Assembly (NCBI GenBank): GCA_965243135.1
Contig: OZ251539.1
Location: forward strand, 5,728,001 to 5,792,000
DNA length: 64,000 bases
Direction of reading: 5' to 3'
From: Alphaproteobacteria bacterium
GTDB lineage: Bacteria; Pseudomonadota; Alphaproteobacteria; MPNO01; UBA830
The notes below the pieces were generated by a model. That model searched no databases. It worked only from the letters and a program-made list of their open reading frames with translations, and was not told the origin of the DNA. Shown piece after piece: positions 30,663-41,637 of this stretch (position 1 is the stretch's first letter; every line of letters begins with the position of its first letter). A program made the translations under genes and the position numbers.

Positions 30663-33180
30663 AAATGCATACGAAATGCCGGCGTCGAAATTTTGCCATG
30701 CCAAAAGCAGACCAACGTTCCTTCGCCGTCGGGATCGGGAAAAGTAAAGGTTTTCTCGGAGCGCTTACGGGGTTCCGACTCGTCCGAGAACCAAGCCCGT
30801 TTTCCCGTGAAGAAATTTGCGCGAAGTTCCATTCCTGCTTCGGAAAGCCTTCCCTCTTTGTCCATCTCATTCATCATTTTCTGGAGCACATGGAGCAGTT
30901 CGACAATCCTCCTTCCTGCAGGCGGATGATATGGGTAAGGTGCGAGCGCACTATCGCAGTATTCGCCAATGCGCAGACGGTTGAAGCGCTCACGGGATCC
31001 AGAAAGAAGTTCCGTCCACGTCTTCGGATCCGGCTTGGAATTCAGCAATTCAGCCGCAAGATCGCTCGCCCTCCGAAAGTTCTCGACAGGCACTTGCGCG
31101 ATGGGTTTCTCTAAGAATCCATGAGTGACGATTAACGGATCGACGGTAAAACGGGATTCGGGGTTTTGGACTGGGCTGAAGGTAGAGGCGGGCGGGTGCA
31201 AATCTGATATTGCCAAATTGAAAAATCTATAAGGTGTTGATTTTTAAGGATTAACAAAGTTTGCGCGATAGCGCTTCAAGGCCAAAATCAGCGATTTCGT
31301 GACAAATCGCCGTTCCGGGCGCGGATTTTGTCACGATGGCGGGGGGGGGGGGGGCGCGAAAAAAGGAATGCTCCAAGCCGCAAGATGCGGTAAAATGTTG
31401 GCATCAAACCACAACATCAGGAGCATTCCCATGCCAGCATTACAGCCTTCGGCCGGTTTGTCCATCGATTTCTCGAAGCTCCCCGCGGCGACTGCCGAGG
31501 CATTCCAGTCAGCCGCAGCCTTCGAGTGGGTGGAACGACAAGATCAGGGTTCCGAGGCGTTCGCCGGTTTCGAAACCGAGTTGTTCCAGCATACCTACGC
31601 GATCTGCCGGGCGGCCGTAGGCGATTACATTGAAGCGCGGGACGTGGAGGAAGGCCCGGTTCGCCGGGAGGGTCAGGTTTTCTACCGGGCTGCACCGACG
31701 CAAAAGACCATCCACACATTGTTCGGTCCTGTCACGTTCTCCCGCTCGCGGTATCGCGTGCATTCGGGAAGTTCGTCCATCTCGCCGGTCGATGAAAGCC
31801 TGGGGCTGGTCGACGGTTATCTCACGGTTCCAGCCGCTTACCGCGCTCTCCATGGACCACTGTACGCCGAGAGACGCGGTCAAACTCTTCGAAAAACTGG
31901 GGGGCATGAACCCGTCGACGAGCCATCTGCAACGTCTTTTGGTTACGGCGGGCGATCTCTGGAAGGAGAAAGGCGAGGCGGCCATGGACGAAATCCGGAA
32001 GGCGAAACCGGTGCCGACGGAGGCGGTTTCTTTCGCTGTCTCGCTCGATGGGGTTGCGCTTCGCCCCAACGGGCGCGAAGAAGCATGCTGGCGCGAAGCG
32101 TCTTGCGGGACGGTCAGTTTCCATGACGCGGACGGCAATCGCTTGGAAACATTGTATTTTTATGCCGGAAGCCGGCAAGGTAACGCTGAAAGCGCAGATC
32201 GCGGAAGAGGTCGCCCACATCCGGAAAGTGAGACCCGATCTTCAACTCGTCGCTGTCGCCGACGCCGCAGCCGACAACTGGACGTTTCTTGAGAGGCTTC
32301 AGCCCGACGAGCGGGCGATCGATTTCTTCCATGCATGCGAACATCTCAGCGACGTCGCCGACCATGCAGTCGCAACCGATTGGTACGACAAGTACCGTGC
32401 CATCCTGCGCGACGATGCCAACGGTATCGACAAGGTCATTCGGGCGATCCGCCATCTTCGCGACAAGGCGACGACTGCGACGGCACTCAAGGATCTCGAA
32501 CGCGAACTCAGGTTTTTCCAGAAGCACAGGCGCCGCATGCGTTACGCGGCCCTGAATGCCATGGGTTACACGATCGGGTCGGGTGTTGTCGAAGCCGCCA
32601 ACAAGGTGCTGGTCAACCAGCGCATGAAACGGGCCGGCATGCGTTGGAGCATCGAAGGCGGTCAGAACGTCCTCACCTTCAGGGCATTGATAAAGTCAGA
32701 CCGATTCGATTCGGCATGGCAAGCAATGGTCGGAGCAAGCATCGCGAACGACGATCAGGAGGCCATCGCAGCCTGACAATGGAAAACTTGACTTTGGCAA
32801 TATGAGATTCACACCCAGGCGGGCCGTGAAGCGAGGATACGACGGGCGGCTTCTCCAAGGCCGAGGTCGGTAACGTCTTCTTCTTCAAAATGAAACAGAT
32901 CTTCGTCTATCTCCTGCCGGTCGTCCTCCATGAACGGTCCTTTTTTTGCGGTCCACTGCAACAACATTCCGAATTTGTCGCGCGGCAACCGTTTCGCGAT
33001 ATCCAGGAGTGTGACTTTGGGTCGAACCTGTACATTAGGCATTCCCCTTGCGCAATATAAATTCTTGACGAAAACGGGATGTTGTCTTCGAGCTTCAAGC
33101 AGTTCCTCCAGCGGCAAGTAAGGGACAGGAGCCTCTGCGCAGGCTTCCGCCAGAGCCAGCTCGTTGATGAATGCGCGCAC
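30593..33180 (-). pseudogene. nsnC: Third gene of the Menshen-like operon (NsnC-like effector), split by an IS
   Basis: Removing 31194-32816 plus one TSD joins ...EAARRILASRPA to STFSPVQNP...FSDES...CFWHGKI...RMHFEWP...IVYIGPH. Confidence 0.65.
31194..32816 (+). mobile_element. ISKra4/ISLre2-like (mutator-like) IS, transposase (31431-32776) frameshifted
   Basis: IRs GGGTGCAAATCTGATATTGCCA / TGGCAATATGAGATTCACACCC; 8-bp TSD AGGCGGGC (31186-31193, 32817-32824); motifs VSLDG, DFFHACEHL, IGSGVVEAANK...RMKRAGMRWS. Confidence 0.85.
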
Positions 33181-34338
33181 TCAAACTTTCTCCCAGCCTG
33201 AAAGAACGGCCAGATCAAGTTCCATTTGATCGAAAAAACCCTCTGGCCAGTCGCTGATTGCTCCGGTTTTGTCGATGGTGACGGTCATGACCTTCCCGGT
33301 ATCGCTTTCCGGACCGAAGAAGTGCAACGCGACAGCGCTCTGATCGAGCAAACTATCGCGCACTGCAAGACGGATGCCATTAAGCAAGTGATCGCTATGG
33401 GTTTCGACGAAGATCTGTATGCCCGCGCCAGCCATTTGACCAAGCAGCCGGCCAACGGCGGACTGCGCCCGAGGGTGCAGATGAGCTTCCGCGCTATCCA
33501 CGACCATGATCGATCCTGGTGCCGTGGTCAGCAATGCGACTAGCATGGGAAAGGCGTAGCTCAATCCATAACCAACGTTCGCCGGTCGAACCCAATTGCT
33601 CGTTCTGCTTGAACTGAAAGTCAGCAACGCTGGAGAGTCGGGAGTTAGCCGATCGGCTTTTACGCGAGATCCTGGAAATATTTCGCCGAGCCACGCATCG
33701 ATCTGCGCACGTACCGTTTCCCGATCATCTTCCGGGTGGCGCCGTGCGATGTCGACTGTCTCGTCAGCATACTCAAGATACCAATAAGCGGCATACTCAC
33801 CGTTCGCGCCGACATCCCCTAGCGGGCGCCATGGTTCGCATGGCACGGGAAATATCTCAATCTGCGCCTTACGCTCTGCACTGAGGAATATTGCATCCCG
33901 CATAGCGGAAACCAGTTGCGAGTGCCCATCCACAGGCTGGATTTTGCAAACTGATTCCTCGGGAACGCCGTCTCGCGAATATTCTACGGTTGCGAGATGC
34001 ATCAACCCCCTGGCCGACAACTCTGATTTGTGATCGAAGGTCCATGTGATTTTTTCTTCAGTGTTTCCGACGCTTCCGATGCCGAGCTGAAGAGATTTTT
34101 CCGAGGCGTTTCTTCTAATTATTGCGTCCGCGCTGCCTAAGTTAACTAGGTCTCCATTCAGGTGCAGCCTCCTGCCGTCAGGAGCGACGCGGAGGGCTTG
34201 CGTCATCAACAATAGCGCCTGCAGAGCCGTGGATTTGCCGGCTGCATTATATCCCGTCAGTACCGTCAGCGGTGCGCAGGGCAGTTCAAGAGCACCGAAG
34301 CACTTGAAGTCCTTCATCACTATTGATTTAATCGTCAT
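33181..34338 (-). CDS. nsnB: AAA ATPase with C-terminal DUF3696 (Menshen NsnB-like)
   Basis: TGYNAAGKST, NVGYGLSY, DSAEAHLHPRAQ, VETHSDH, WPEGFFDQ. Confidence 0.75.
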   Translation of the reverse strand: MTIKSIVMKDFKCFGALELPCAPLTVLTGYNAAGKSTALQALLLMTQALRVAPDGRRLHLNGDLVNLGSADAIIRRNASEKSLQLGIGSVGNTEEKITWTFDHKSELSARGLMHLATVEYSRDGVPEESVCKIQPVDGHSQLVSAMRDAIFLSAERKAQIEIFPVPCEPWRPLGDVGANGEYAAYWYLEYADETVDIARRHPEDDRETVRAQIDAWLGEIFPGSRVKADRLTPDSPALLTFSSSRTSNWVRPANVGYGLSYAFPMLVALLTTAPGSIMVVDSAEAHLHPRAQSAVGRLLGQMAGAGIQIFVETHSDHLLNGIRLAVRDSLLDQSAVALHFFGPESDTGKVMTVTIDKTGAISDWPEGFFDQMELDLAVLSGWEKV

Positions 34339-34340
34339 GG

Positions 34341-35456
34341 TCAAATATCCTGACAACTATCTTCGGTCATATAATTTCCGAGACAATCTTCCACCATACT
34401 AAATCTGGTTCTGACTTGTTTGGTGCTGTTCGTAGAATAGGTGATGGCATCTTCAAAATCGCAATGCATCATCAAATCTCTGATTAGCGTTTTTATCTGT
34501 TTTTTATTCATATCGAAAACCTCGGTCGAAATTTGCGCGCAAGCCCAAGATAACACGTCAAAAAGCGCCATATTTATTACCGTCTTGTTATCGCTAAATT
34601 TGGCTAAGGATTTTCGAAACGCATGATCGCGAAATAATTTATAATTTTGGCGCATGGAAGCAATAAAAGTTTCCTCTATTCGAGTGCTTCCCGCTTTGGA
34701 ATTTAGGTGTATCAAAGATCGCGCCAAGAATTCGTCCATGTCGCCATTATCATATGACTTCCATCCAAAAATATAAAATCCGGCAAATCGGTTGATGGCT
34801 TCACGGTCGCGCATTTTCTTGGGGTCGAGGGATCCGCCTGTTGCCTTCAAGAAGTAATCGTTTTTTGACATGTCGGAAACCCAGCGCGTTCCGGGCCCAT
34901 TGAAAATCGCGTTGCGCATTTGCTGTCGGGTTAAAGGAACGCCGTCGTTGACGCGTTCAAATATGTCCAGTCGGGCGCGTTGGGGCGCGTCTTTATCGAG
35001 GATATAGAGCATAAGCTGTGTATCTTCCACTCTATCTTGGAGTTGTATTTCAAGATCGGAGAAGCGCTTTTCTTCCAAGGGATGATTGCGGCCGAGCCCG
35101 GTCAGTTTCAGCTTTCCATCCAGGAAACGAACGAATGTCGTCAAGCGCTGAAGCCCGTCGACGATTACGATTCGTCCATCGGGGGCTTCGGCGACGTACA
35201 GAGCTGGAAGCGGTATACGCATGATGCAACTTTCGACCAGCTTGGATTGCTTCTGCGGCTTCCAGACAAAATCGCGTTGAAAATCGGGATCTAGGAAGAA
35301 ACGGCCACGCCGTATTCTTCTGACAACTTCGGAGACTGTGCGAGTCTCGGAGCGAACCATAATGTCGTGGAGAGGATACGCGCCCCTCTCGGTGACGGAA
35401 GGATCTTCGTATCCCTCGATCTCCTCGGGTGGAGTTTGCTTCAAAGAAACTGTCAT
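34341..35456 (-). CDS. nsnA: DUF262 (ParB-like) protein (Menshen NsnA-like)
   Basis: PDFQRDFVW, SKLVES, VDGLQRLTT, IFERVN, QQMRNA. Confidence 0.8.
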   Translation of the reverse strand: MTVSLKQTPPEEIEGYEDPSVTERGAYPLHDIMVRSETRTVSEVVRRIRRGRFFLDPDFQRDFVWKPQKQSKLVESCIMRIPLPALYVAEAPDGRIVIVDGLQRLTTFVRFLDGKLKLTGLGRNHPLEEKRFSDLEIQLQDRVEDTQLMLYILDKDAPQRARLDIFERVNDGVPLTRQQMRNAIFNGPGTRWVSDMSKNDYFLKATGGSLDPKKMRDREAINRFAGFYIFGWKSYDNGDMDEFLARSLIHLNSKAGSTRIEETFIASMRQNYKLFRDHAFRKSLAKFSDNKTVINMALFDVLSWACAQISTEVFDMNKKQIKTLIRDLMMHCDFEDAITYSTNSTKQVRTRFSMVEDCLGNYMTEDSCQDI

Positions 35457-35579
35457 TTTATCTGCGATGAGGATGGAAGCTCATATTCCCGAATATTGCG
35501 CCCCGGCGTTCCCTTGTCAAGCGGCGAGGGCGTTCGGGATTGCTCAGTTTGCGATTCCGGTGTCGCCATTGCTTCAGGG

Positions 35580-36180
35580 TGGTCGTGGCCAACCTGGCGG
35601 GCTTCCCTCTACGGCGTGCCGACGATGTTCATGGGCCGGCTCCTGCATCCAGAGTTCGACCGGCTCTCCAGCCTGCGCGCGGCGCCGGCTTGCCGTGTCC
35701 CGTCAAGGTGATGAGGCAGGTGATCGAAAAAATCCACATGCGGCACGTCACCATCGCCTGCGGGATGACCGAAACAGTCCGGCGTCGACCCAGGCTTCCG
35801 TCGACGACGCGTTCGACCGCCGCGTTCCCACGGTCGGACGGACGCAGCCTCGCCTTGAGGTCAAGAGCGTCGCCGGGAGCGTCGCGCCAGTCGGGGTCGC
35901 CGGCGAGTTCCGCACCCGCGAGCATCATGCGCGGTTGCTGGGGCGACCCGGAGCGGAGGGCGAAGGCCGTCGACGAAAGCGGCTGGATGCATGCGGGCGG
36001 CCGGACGCCGACGGATGCTTCAATATCGTCGGCCGCATGAAGGACATGGCCGTTTGCGGCGGCGGGAACCTGCATCCCCGGGAGGGATTTGCTCCGCCCG
36101 AAGGACGTCCAGGCGTTCGGCGTCCCCGACGACAAGTACGGCGAAGAGTTACGCATCTGGCCATGCGGACGCGCGAGGAG
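35580..36180 (+). pseudogene. Acyl-CoA synthetase (AMP-binding) relic
   Basis: Fragments LYGVPTMF, PCPVKVMRQV, IACGMTET, DESGWMHAG, IVGRMKDMAVCGGGN, DVQAFGVPDDKYGEEL. Confidence 0.75.
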
Positions 36181-36365
36181 CCGATCAGGTTCGCCGGCTT
36201 GCGGAGGAGGGCAACGCGACCGCACGGCGGCTCGCGCGGACCGCTCGACGCCATTCGAGAAGCGGCGACGCCGGTCCGTCCGAACGACCGCCGCGGGGCG
36301 CTTTTGCACGCTGCGTCAATGGTGATAACCTTCCGCCCGCGCGGAAGACAGATGGAGGATATCCG

Positions 36366-37199
36366 ATGCCGAAGGTTCTGACCGAGGAGCAGGTCGAGTT
36401 CTATCATCGGGAAGGCTACGTCTTTCCGGTCCCGGGGGTATCGAAGGAACGCTGCCGGAAACTGCTCGACGGAGTGCAGCGGTTCGAGGAGCAGTACGGC
36501 GTCAACCCCGGGTTGTTCAAGCTCAAGGGGCATCTCACCATGTCCGAGACGTGGGATTTCGTTCGCGAACCGGCGATTCTGGACGCGGCCGAAGACATCA
36601 TCGGGCCGAACATTCTCGCGTTCGGGTCGCGTTTCTGGGTCAAGCCGGGCGGCGACGGCTCCTTCGTCTCCTGGCATCAGGATTCGGCCTATTTCGGCTG
36701 CCACCCGCACGACATGGTGACGTGCTGGGTGGCGCTCACGCCGGCGAACAGGGAGAACGGCTGCCTGCGCTTCATGCCGAAATCTCACCGCGTCGGCTAC
36801 GACCACGAAGAGAGCCACGAAAACGCGCCGGGCGACGCGCCGGGCGAGAAGAAGAACCTGCTCGGGCGCGGCCAGACGATCAAGGGACTCGACGAGTCGA
36901 AGGCCGTCTACGCGGAGCTCGAGCAAGGGCAGTTCTCGATGCATAACGAACGCACGGCCCATGCTTCCTATCCCAACAACACCGGCGAGACGCGCATCGG
37001 ATACTCGTTCTTTCTGATCCCGCCGCACGTGAAGTCGACGCTGGAACGCCGTCCCGCGACGCTGGTGCGCGGCGTCGACGAATACGGCCATTGGGATACG
37101 GATCCCGTGCCGACCGAAGAGAGCATGTCGGAATTGATCAAGATGATGATCGCGCACAACGCGCAATACACCGATCCGCAATTCAGGCAGAACGCCTGA
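36366..37199 (+). CDS. Phytanoyl-CoA dioxygenase (PhyH) family Fe/2OG enzyme
   Basis: LTEEQVEFYHREGY, SWHQDSAY, ENGCLRFMPKSH, HASYPN...R. Confidence 0.9.
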   Translation: MPKVLTEEQVEFYHREGYVFPVPGVSKERCRKLLDGVQRFEEQYGVNPGLFKLKGHLTMSETWDFVREPAILDAAEDIIGPNILAFGSRFWVKPGGDGSFVSWHQDSAYFGCHPHDMVTCWVALTPANRENGCLRFMPKSHRVGYDHEESHENAPGDAPGEKKNLLGRGQTIKGLDESKAVYAELEQGQFSMHNERTAHASYPNNTGETRIGYSFFLIPPHVKSTLERRPATLVRGVDEYGHWDTDPVPTEESMSELIKMMIAHNAQYTDPQFRQNA

Positions 37200-37241
37200 G
37201 GGGCGGCCGTCTCCCGCCGCTGGCGGCAATCCTCGAACCCC

Positions 37242-38159
37242 GTGAAGGAAGTTTCCACGGCGCCGGCCGCCGGCGAGCGGCAGGGCGAAGCTATGGCGCA
37301 CGCCATGATGGCGTTCGCCGTGCTGATTCTCGGCCTCAACTACGTAGTCGGGCGATGGGCGGTCGGGGAAGTGCCCGCCTATACGCTCGGATTCACGCGC
37401 TGGGCGATCGGCGCGCTCCTGTTGCTGCCGTTCGCTTGGCGCCACGTCCTTCGCGACCGTCAACTGATCCGCGACAACTGGCGACTGCTGGCCGTTTGCG
37501 GATTCGTCATGCCGTTCGTCGGAGCCGGGGTGACCTACGTCGCGCTCAACTACACGACCGCCATAAACGGCAGCGTGATACAGACCTCGCTGCCCGTTCT
37601 GATCGTTCTGTTTTCCTGGGCGATACTCGGCAACCGTCCAGCTACCGTGCAGCTTGCCGGCACCGCGCTCGCCATAGGCGGAGTGCTTTACATCGTTTCC
37701 CGGGGCGATCCCTCCGTCCTGTTCGGCCTGAGGTTCAATTTGGGAGACGCGATCCTGATCGTCTGCAACGTCGGGCTCGCGATCTATGGCGTGGTGGTCA
37801 AGAAGGTTCCGAGCGCCATGCACCCGTTGTCGCTGATCCTCGTCGTTTGCGCGATCGGCGCGCTCTGCCATTTGCCGTTCTTTTCGGTCGAGATCGCGAC
37901 CGGGCAAGTGCCGCGGCCCAGCCTGGCGGCAGTGGCGTCGCTGACGTTCGTCGCGATCTTCCCTTCGGTCGTCGCCGTCATCGGCTGGAACAACGCGATC
38001 TCGCGATTGGGACCCAACCGCGCCGGCTTCTACATGTATCTGGTGCCCGCCTTCGCGACCGCATTCGCTATTCCGCTGCTGGGCGAAACCGTCGGCCTGT
38101 TTCACCTGATCGGTCTCGCCCTGATCGTCACCGGCGTGACGCTGGCGGCGCGAAAGTGA
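37242..38159 (+). CDS. DMT/EamA family transporter
   Basis: About 10 hydrophobic segments; ALNYTTAING, LGPNRAG. Confidence 0.88.
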   Translation: MKEVSTAPAAGERQGEAMAHAMMAFAVLILGLNYVVGRWAVGEVPAYTLGFTRWAIGALLLLPFAWRHVLRDRQLIRDNWRLLAVCGFVMPFVGAGVTYVALNYTTAINGSVIQTSLPVLIVLFSWAILGNRPATVQLAGTALAIGGVLYIVSRGDPSVLFGLRFNLGDAILIVCNVGLAIYGVVVKKVPSAMHPLSLILVVCAIGALCHLPFFSVEIATGQVPRPSLAAVASLTFVAIFPSVVAVIGWNNAISRLGPNRAGFYMYLVPAFATAFAIPLLGETVGLFHLIGLALIVTGVTLAARK

Positions 38160-38629
38160 CGGGGCGACGCGGTTTCTTCAAGCGTCGCGACCGGGGAGCG
38201 ATGCCCGCCGATCTCCGCCGTTGATTCTCCCGTTCTCGCGCGGCGAAGCGGGCCGAGATCCGGTCGACGGGCGCGACGCTCTCCGCGCGCCGTCGCCCGC
38301 TGGATCCCGCGTTGGGTTGCGGGCCGCAGGAACCGTCGGCGTTCGTCGGCTGCGGGTCGACGTTCCGCAGGGAAGCGGTCGACGCGGGGAACCGGAGACG
38401 CCTCTCCGCCTCTTCATCGGCGGCGCGCATGTCGCTCGGGAACGCGCGGCCGCCGCGGCGCAAGACGGAACGTGCCGCGGTCGGCTCCGTCGGTTCCGCG
38501 GGCAGCGGTCGAACTCCGGCGGGCTCGCGCAACGCGGGGCCGTCGGGGCCCGCGCTCCATTGCCGGAGCGAGAGGGCAGGCGCGGCACGTCGAGGGAAGG
38601 CTCTTCGTCCGTCGCGCCGGAGCCTTGCC

Positions 38630-40036
38630 TCAGATCACGCGTATCGAGGCCATCATCCCGCTCGCCTGGTGTCCGAGAACGTGGCAGTGGAACATCCAGT
38701 CGCCGGGGTTGTCGGCGACGAACGCGATCTCGACCCGTTCCCGCGGCTCCATGAGCGCCGTGTCGCGCCATTCCCGGCGCGGCGCGGGTTTTCCGTTGCG
38801 CGAAAGGATCCGGAAGGAATGGCCATGCAGATGGATCGGATGGTGCCACGCCGTCGCGTTCGTCATGGCGATCACGTGACTCCGGCCGCGCTCGATGACC
38901 AGCATGGGCTTCGCCGTATGGTCCTCGGCGGCTACGCCGTTTACGAACCAGAGTCGGCCGGAGCGCAGGCCGCCGGGCATGCTGCCGCCCAGTTCGCCCA
39001 TGACCGCGCCGCCCATCATGCCGCCGTTGAATACGACCTCGGTGCGCCGCGCGGTCCCGATATCCGGTTCCGGCAGAGGGTTGGCCGGCAACTCCATCGT
39101 CCAGTCCGGCGTTTCGCTCCTGAGCGGCTTCGCGCCGTAGACGAAGTCCAGGATCCGGTATTCCCGATTCCGGTAGAATCTGTCGACCACGGAAACGCGG
39201 CTGCCCGGCTCGCCTCCCATGTCGAGAACGACGTCGGCGCGCATCGCCGGACCGAGGACGACGAGGCCGCCGTCCGGCGCGTGAGGCGCCGCCGGTTGCC
39301 CGTCGAGCGCGACGATCGTCGGCTCGTGGTCCCGGAACTCGATGCCGAAGATCCGCGCGTTCGCCGCGTTGACGAGGCGCAGACGGACGCGCTCGCCTTT
39401 TCTGACGGCGAAGGCGTTCGGGGGGCGTCCGTTGATGGTGACCGTGTTGCCGAGCCGGCCGTTGTGGCTCATGTCGTGGGCGTTGTTGAAATCCCCCCGG
39501 ATCCCGGCCGACCGGTTCAGCCGCCAATCGTCGAGCACCCACGTCACGTCGCGGTCGACGCGGATCGGGTCGATTTCCTCGACGACGAGCGGGCCGTAGA
39601 GGCCGCGCCCGACCTGCTCGGGACTTCGCTGGTGCGGGTGGTACCAGAACGTTCCGGCGTCGACGGCGTCGAATTCGTAGGTGAAGGTTCCGCCCGGTCG
39701 AATGGGAGGCTGCGTAAGGTGCGGAACGCCGTCCATCGCGTTCGGCAGGCGTATGCCGTGCCAGTGGACGGTGGTTTCCTCTTCGAGCCCGTTCTCCGCG
39801 ACGATGCGGATGCGGTCGCCCTGTCGAACGCGAATCTCCGGTCCGGGAACCGCGCCGTTGTAGCACCAGACCGGGGTTTCGCCGTGCGGTTCGGGAACGA
39901 GGCGGGCGCGTCCGGGCGCGGCCCGCAGCGTCGAGGTTCTTCCGGCGGCGGCCGAACGCGGCAGCGTCGCCGCCAGCAACGCCGCCGCGTTCGACGACAG
40001 AAACGCTCGGCGCGTCAGCGTGGAAGACATGGGCAT
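38630..40036 (-). CDS. Tat-exported multicopper oxidase
   Basis: TRRAFL Tat motif; HWHG, WYHPH, HPIHLHGH, HCHVLGH copper sites. Confidence 0.93.
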   Translation of the reverse strand: MPMSSTLTRRAFLSSNAAALLAATLPRSAAAGRTSTLRAAPGRARLVPEPHGETPVWCYNGAVPGPEIRVRQGDRIRIVAENGLEEETTVHWHGIRLPNAMDGVPHLTQPPIRPGGTFTYEFDAVDAGTFWYHPHQRSPEQVGRGLYGPLVVEEIDPIRVDRDVTWVLDDWRLNRSAGIRGDFNNAHDMSHNGRLGNTVTINGRPPNAFAVRKGERVRLRLVNAANARIFGIEFRDHEPTIVALDGQPAAPHAPDGGLVVLGPAMRADVVLDMGGEPGSRVSVVDRFYRNREYRILDFVYGAKPLRSETPDWTMELPANPLPEPDIGTARRTEVVFNGGMMGGAVMGELGGSMPGGLRSGRLWFVNGVAAEDHTAKPMLVIERGRSHVIAMTNATAWHHPIHLHGHSFRILSRNGKPAPRREWRDTALMEPRERVEIAFVADNPGDWMFHCHVLGHQASGMMASIRVI

Positions 40037-40124
40037 CTCTCCTTTCGAGCCGTCGGCAAGTGTCTCTTCAAAGCGTTCGCGCCGCAAGGGAGCGCTAGCG
40101 TTTCAGTCTCCCGTTGACATTCGC

Positions 40125-40370
40125 GCAGTCGGAAGCATTTGCGCTGTGGCATTTTTTGTCGGTTGCTGTCCGCTCGATGCCCCCATGGTCGCTCCGGCTG
40201 TCTGTCGGCACGCTCGCAAGGGTTGCGCAAACGGACGATTATGGAATAGAAATCGGAATATATGGCTGCCTCGGCACCGTGCGTAAACTCGGGGCGAGCC
40301 GGGCCGTGGTCCGAACGCGGCCGGCCGGCCGCGGTCGTGGAGCGGCTTGGGGCAGAATTTGCGAAAATGG
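40125..40370 (-). repeat. Dispersed intergenic repeat, longest copy (reverse strand)
   Basis: Reverse complement aligns with 1-200 and 16010-16145 (...CCCTTGCGAGCGTGCCGAC...GAGCGGACAGCAACCGACAAAAAATGCCACAGCGCAAATGC). Confidence 0.65.
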
Positions 40371-40602
40371 CGGTCTCCGCGTGGAAAATTCGCAGTTTTC
40401 CGTCCCAGAATAAAGGAAATCCCCCGAAATATGACTGTATTTCAAGACGTTGGAAACCACGCAAGAGTCTCGTAATGGCATCAATTGATCTTGGGGATGG
40501 TCTTGTATATCCTGATGGCGTGCGAGCGATATGGTGCTCCAAGCTGCCGTGGCTTTCGGCTCGAACCTACCACGCCACGACAATTTGCGAGGTGAGGCTA
40601 TC

Positions 40603-41637
40603 GTGAAGAGTACATACAGTTCCATCCCCACACACCAGATTGACTTTGACCGAGAGAATCCGAGGATTAAGGTCGCCCTTGAGAAGTATGGTGACAAGCT
40701 CGATGACCAACGCATCCGCTTTGCACTACGGACCGCCACGGAAGGATCCGCCAGCGTTTCCTCCTATCGCTCTCTAAAGGACTCGATCAGAGCGGCTCGA
40801 GGTATTTCGGTACCTATCGTCGTTTGGCCCACCAATGGTCGATTCGTGTGCGTTGACGGCAACACCCGCCTAACCATCTACTACGAGCTCCACGAGGAGA
40901 GCGCCCCTGGCGATTGGACCACCATCAATTGTATCGTACTCGACAACCCGGACCAGCGGGACATCGAGACGATCCGGGTGACAGCCCACCTCGTCGGCGC
41001 CCGTGACTGGCCTGCCTACGAGAAGGCACGATACCTTCATTACCTGCGTAACGTCGAGTTCATGGACTACGACGACCTCATCGCCCGATGCGGAGGCAAC
41101 AAGCGGACGATCAGCCAGCAAATCGAAGCCTACCACGACATGAACGAATATTACCGCGACGTAAACAGCGACGACGCGTTCAAGGTTGATCGATTTAGCG
41201 GCTTTGTCGAACTACAGAAGGCAGAAATCAAGGACTCCATCTACGGAGCGGGTTTCGACCTCCACGACTTCGGCCGCTGGATCCGTGACGGCCAAATATA
41301 CCGACTGGCCGACGTTCGAAAGCTCCCCCGCGTTCTTGCAGACGACGAGGCGAAGGACACGTTCGTCAACGGCGGCATCCGATCAATCGAAGACGCCATC
41401 GCGGTTGCCGATGCCAACCGTCAAAAAGGCGTCCACACCCCGTCGGGCGACATCACCGTCGCCGATGCCAGCATGACGATGTTGGCCGAAGCGCTGCTAC
41501 AGAGGATCAAAGCCTTGGCGCGAAAGGACTATCTTGCCCTCCGTGACCGGCAATACGAGACTGCGGACCAAGACGTTGACACCCTGAGCGACCTTGCCGA
41601 GCATCTTCAAGACTTGCTTCAAGATGTCTCAAAGTAA
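40603..41637 (+). CDS. ParB/Srx-like N-terminal domain protein (operon gene 1)
   Basis: DRENPRI, LKDSI, PIVV, VDGNTRL, DWPAYEKARYL; GTG after GAGG. Confidence 0.75.
   Translation: MKSTYSSIPTHQIDFDRENPRIKVALEKYGDKLDDQRIRFALRTATEGSASVSSYRSLKDSIRAARGISVPIVVWPTNGRFVCVDGNTRLTIYYELHEESAPGDWTTINCIVLDNPDQRDIETIRVTAHLVGARDWPAYEKARYLHYLRNVEFMDYDDLIARCGGNKRTISQQIEAYHDMNEYYRDVNSDDAFKVDRFSGFVELQKAEIKDSIYGAGFDLHDFGRWIRDGQIYRLADVRKLPRVLADDEAKDTFVNGGIRSIEDAIAVADANRQKGVHTPSGDITVADASMTMLAEALLQRIKALARKDYLALRDRQYETADQDVDTLSDLAEHLQDLLQDVSK

Noticed and set aside
31341-31354. G14 homopolymer as a phase-variation switch
   Set aside because: It lies in the leader of a frameshifted IS transposase and its length is error-prone; there is no evidence of function
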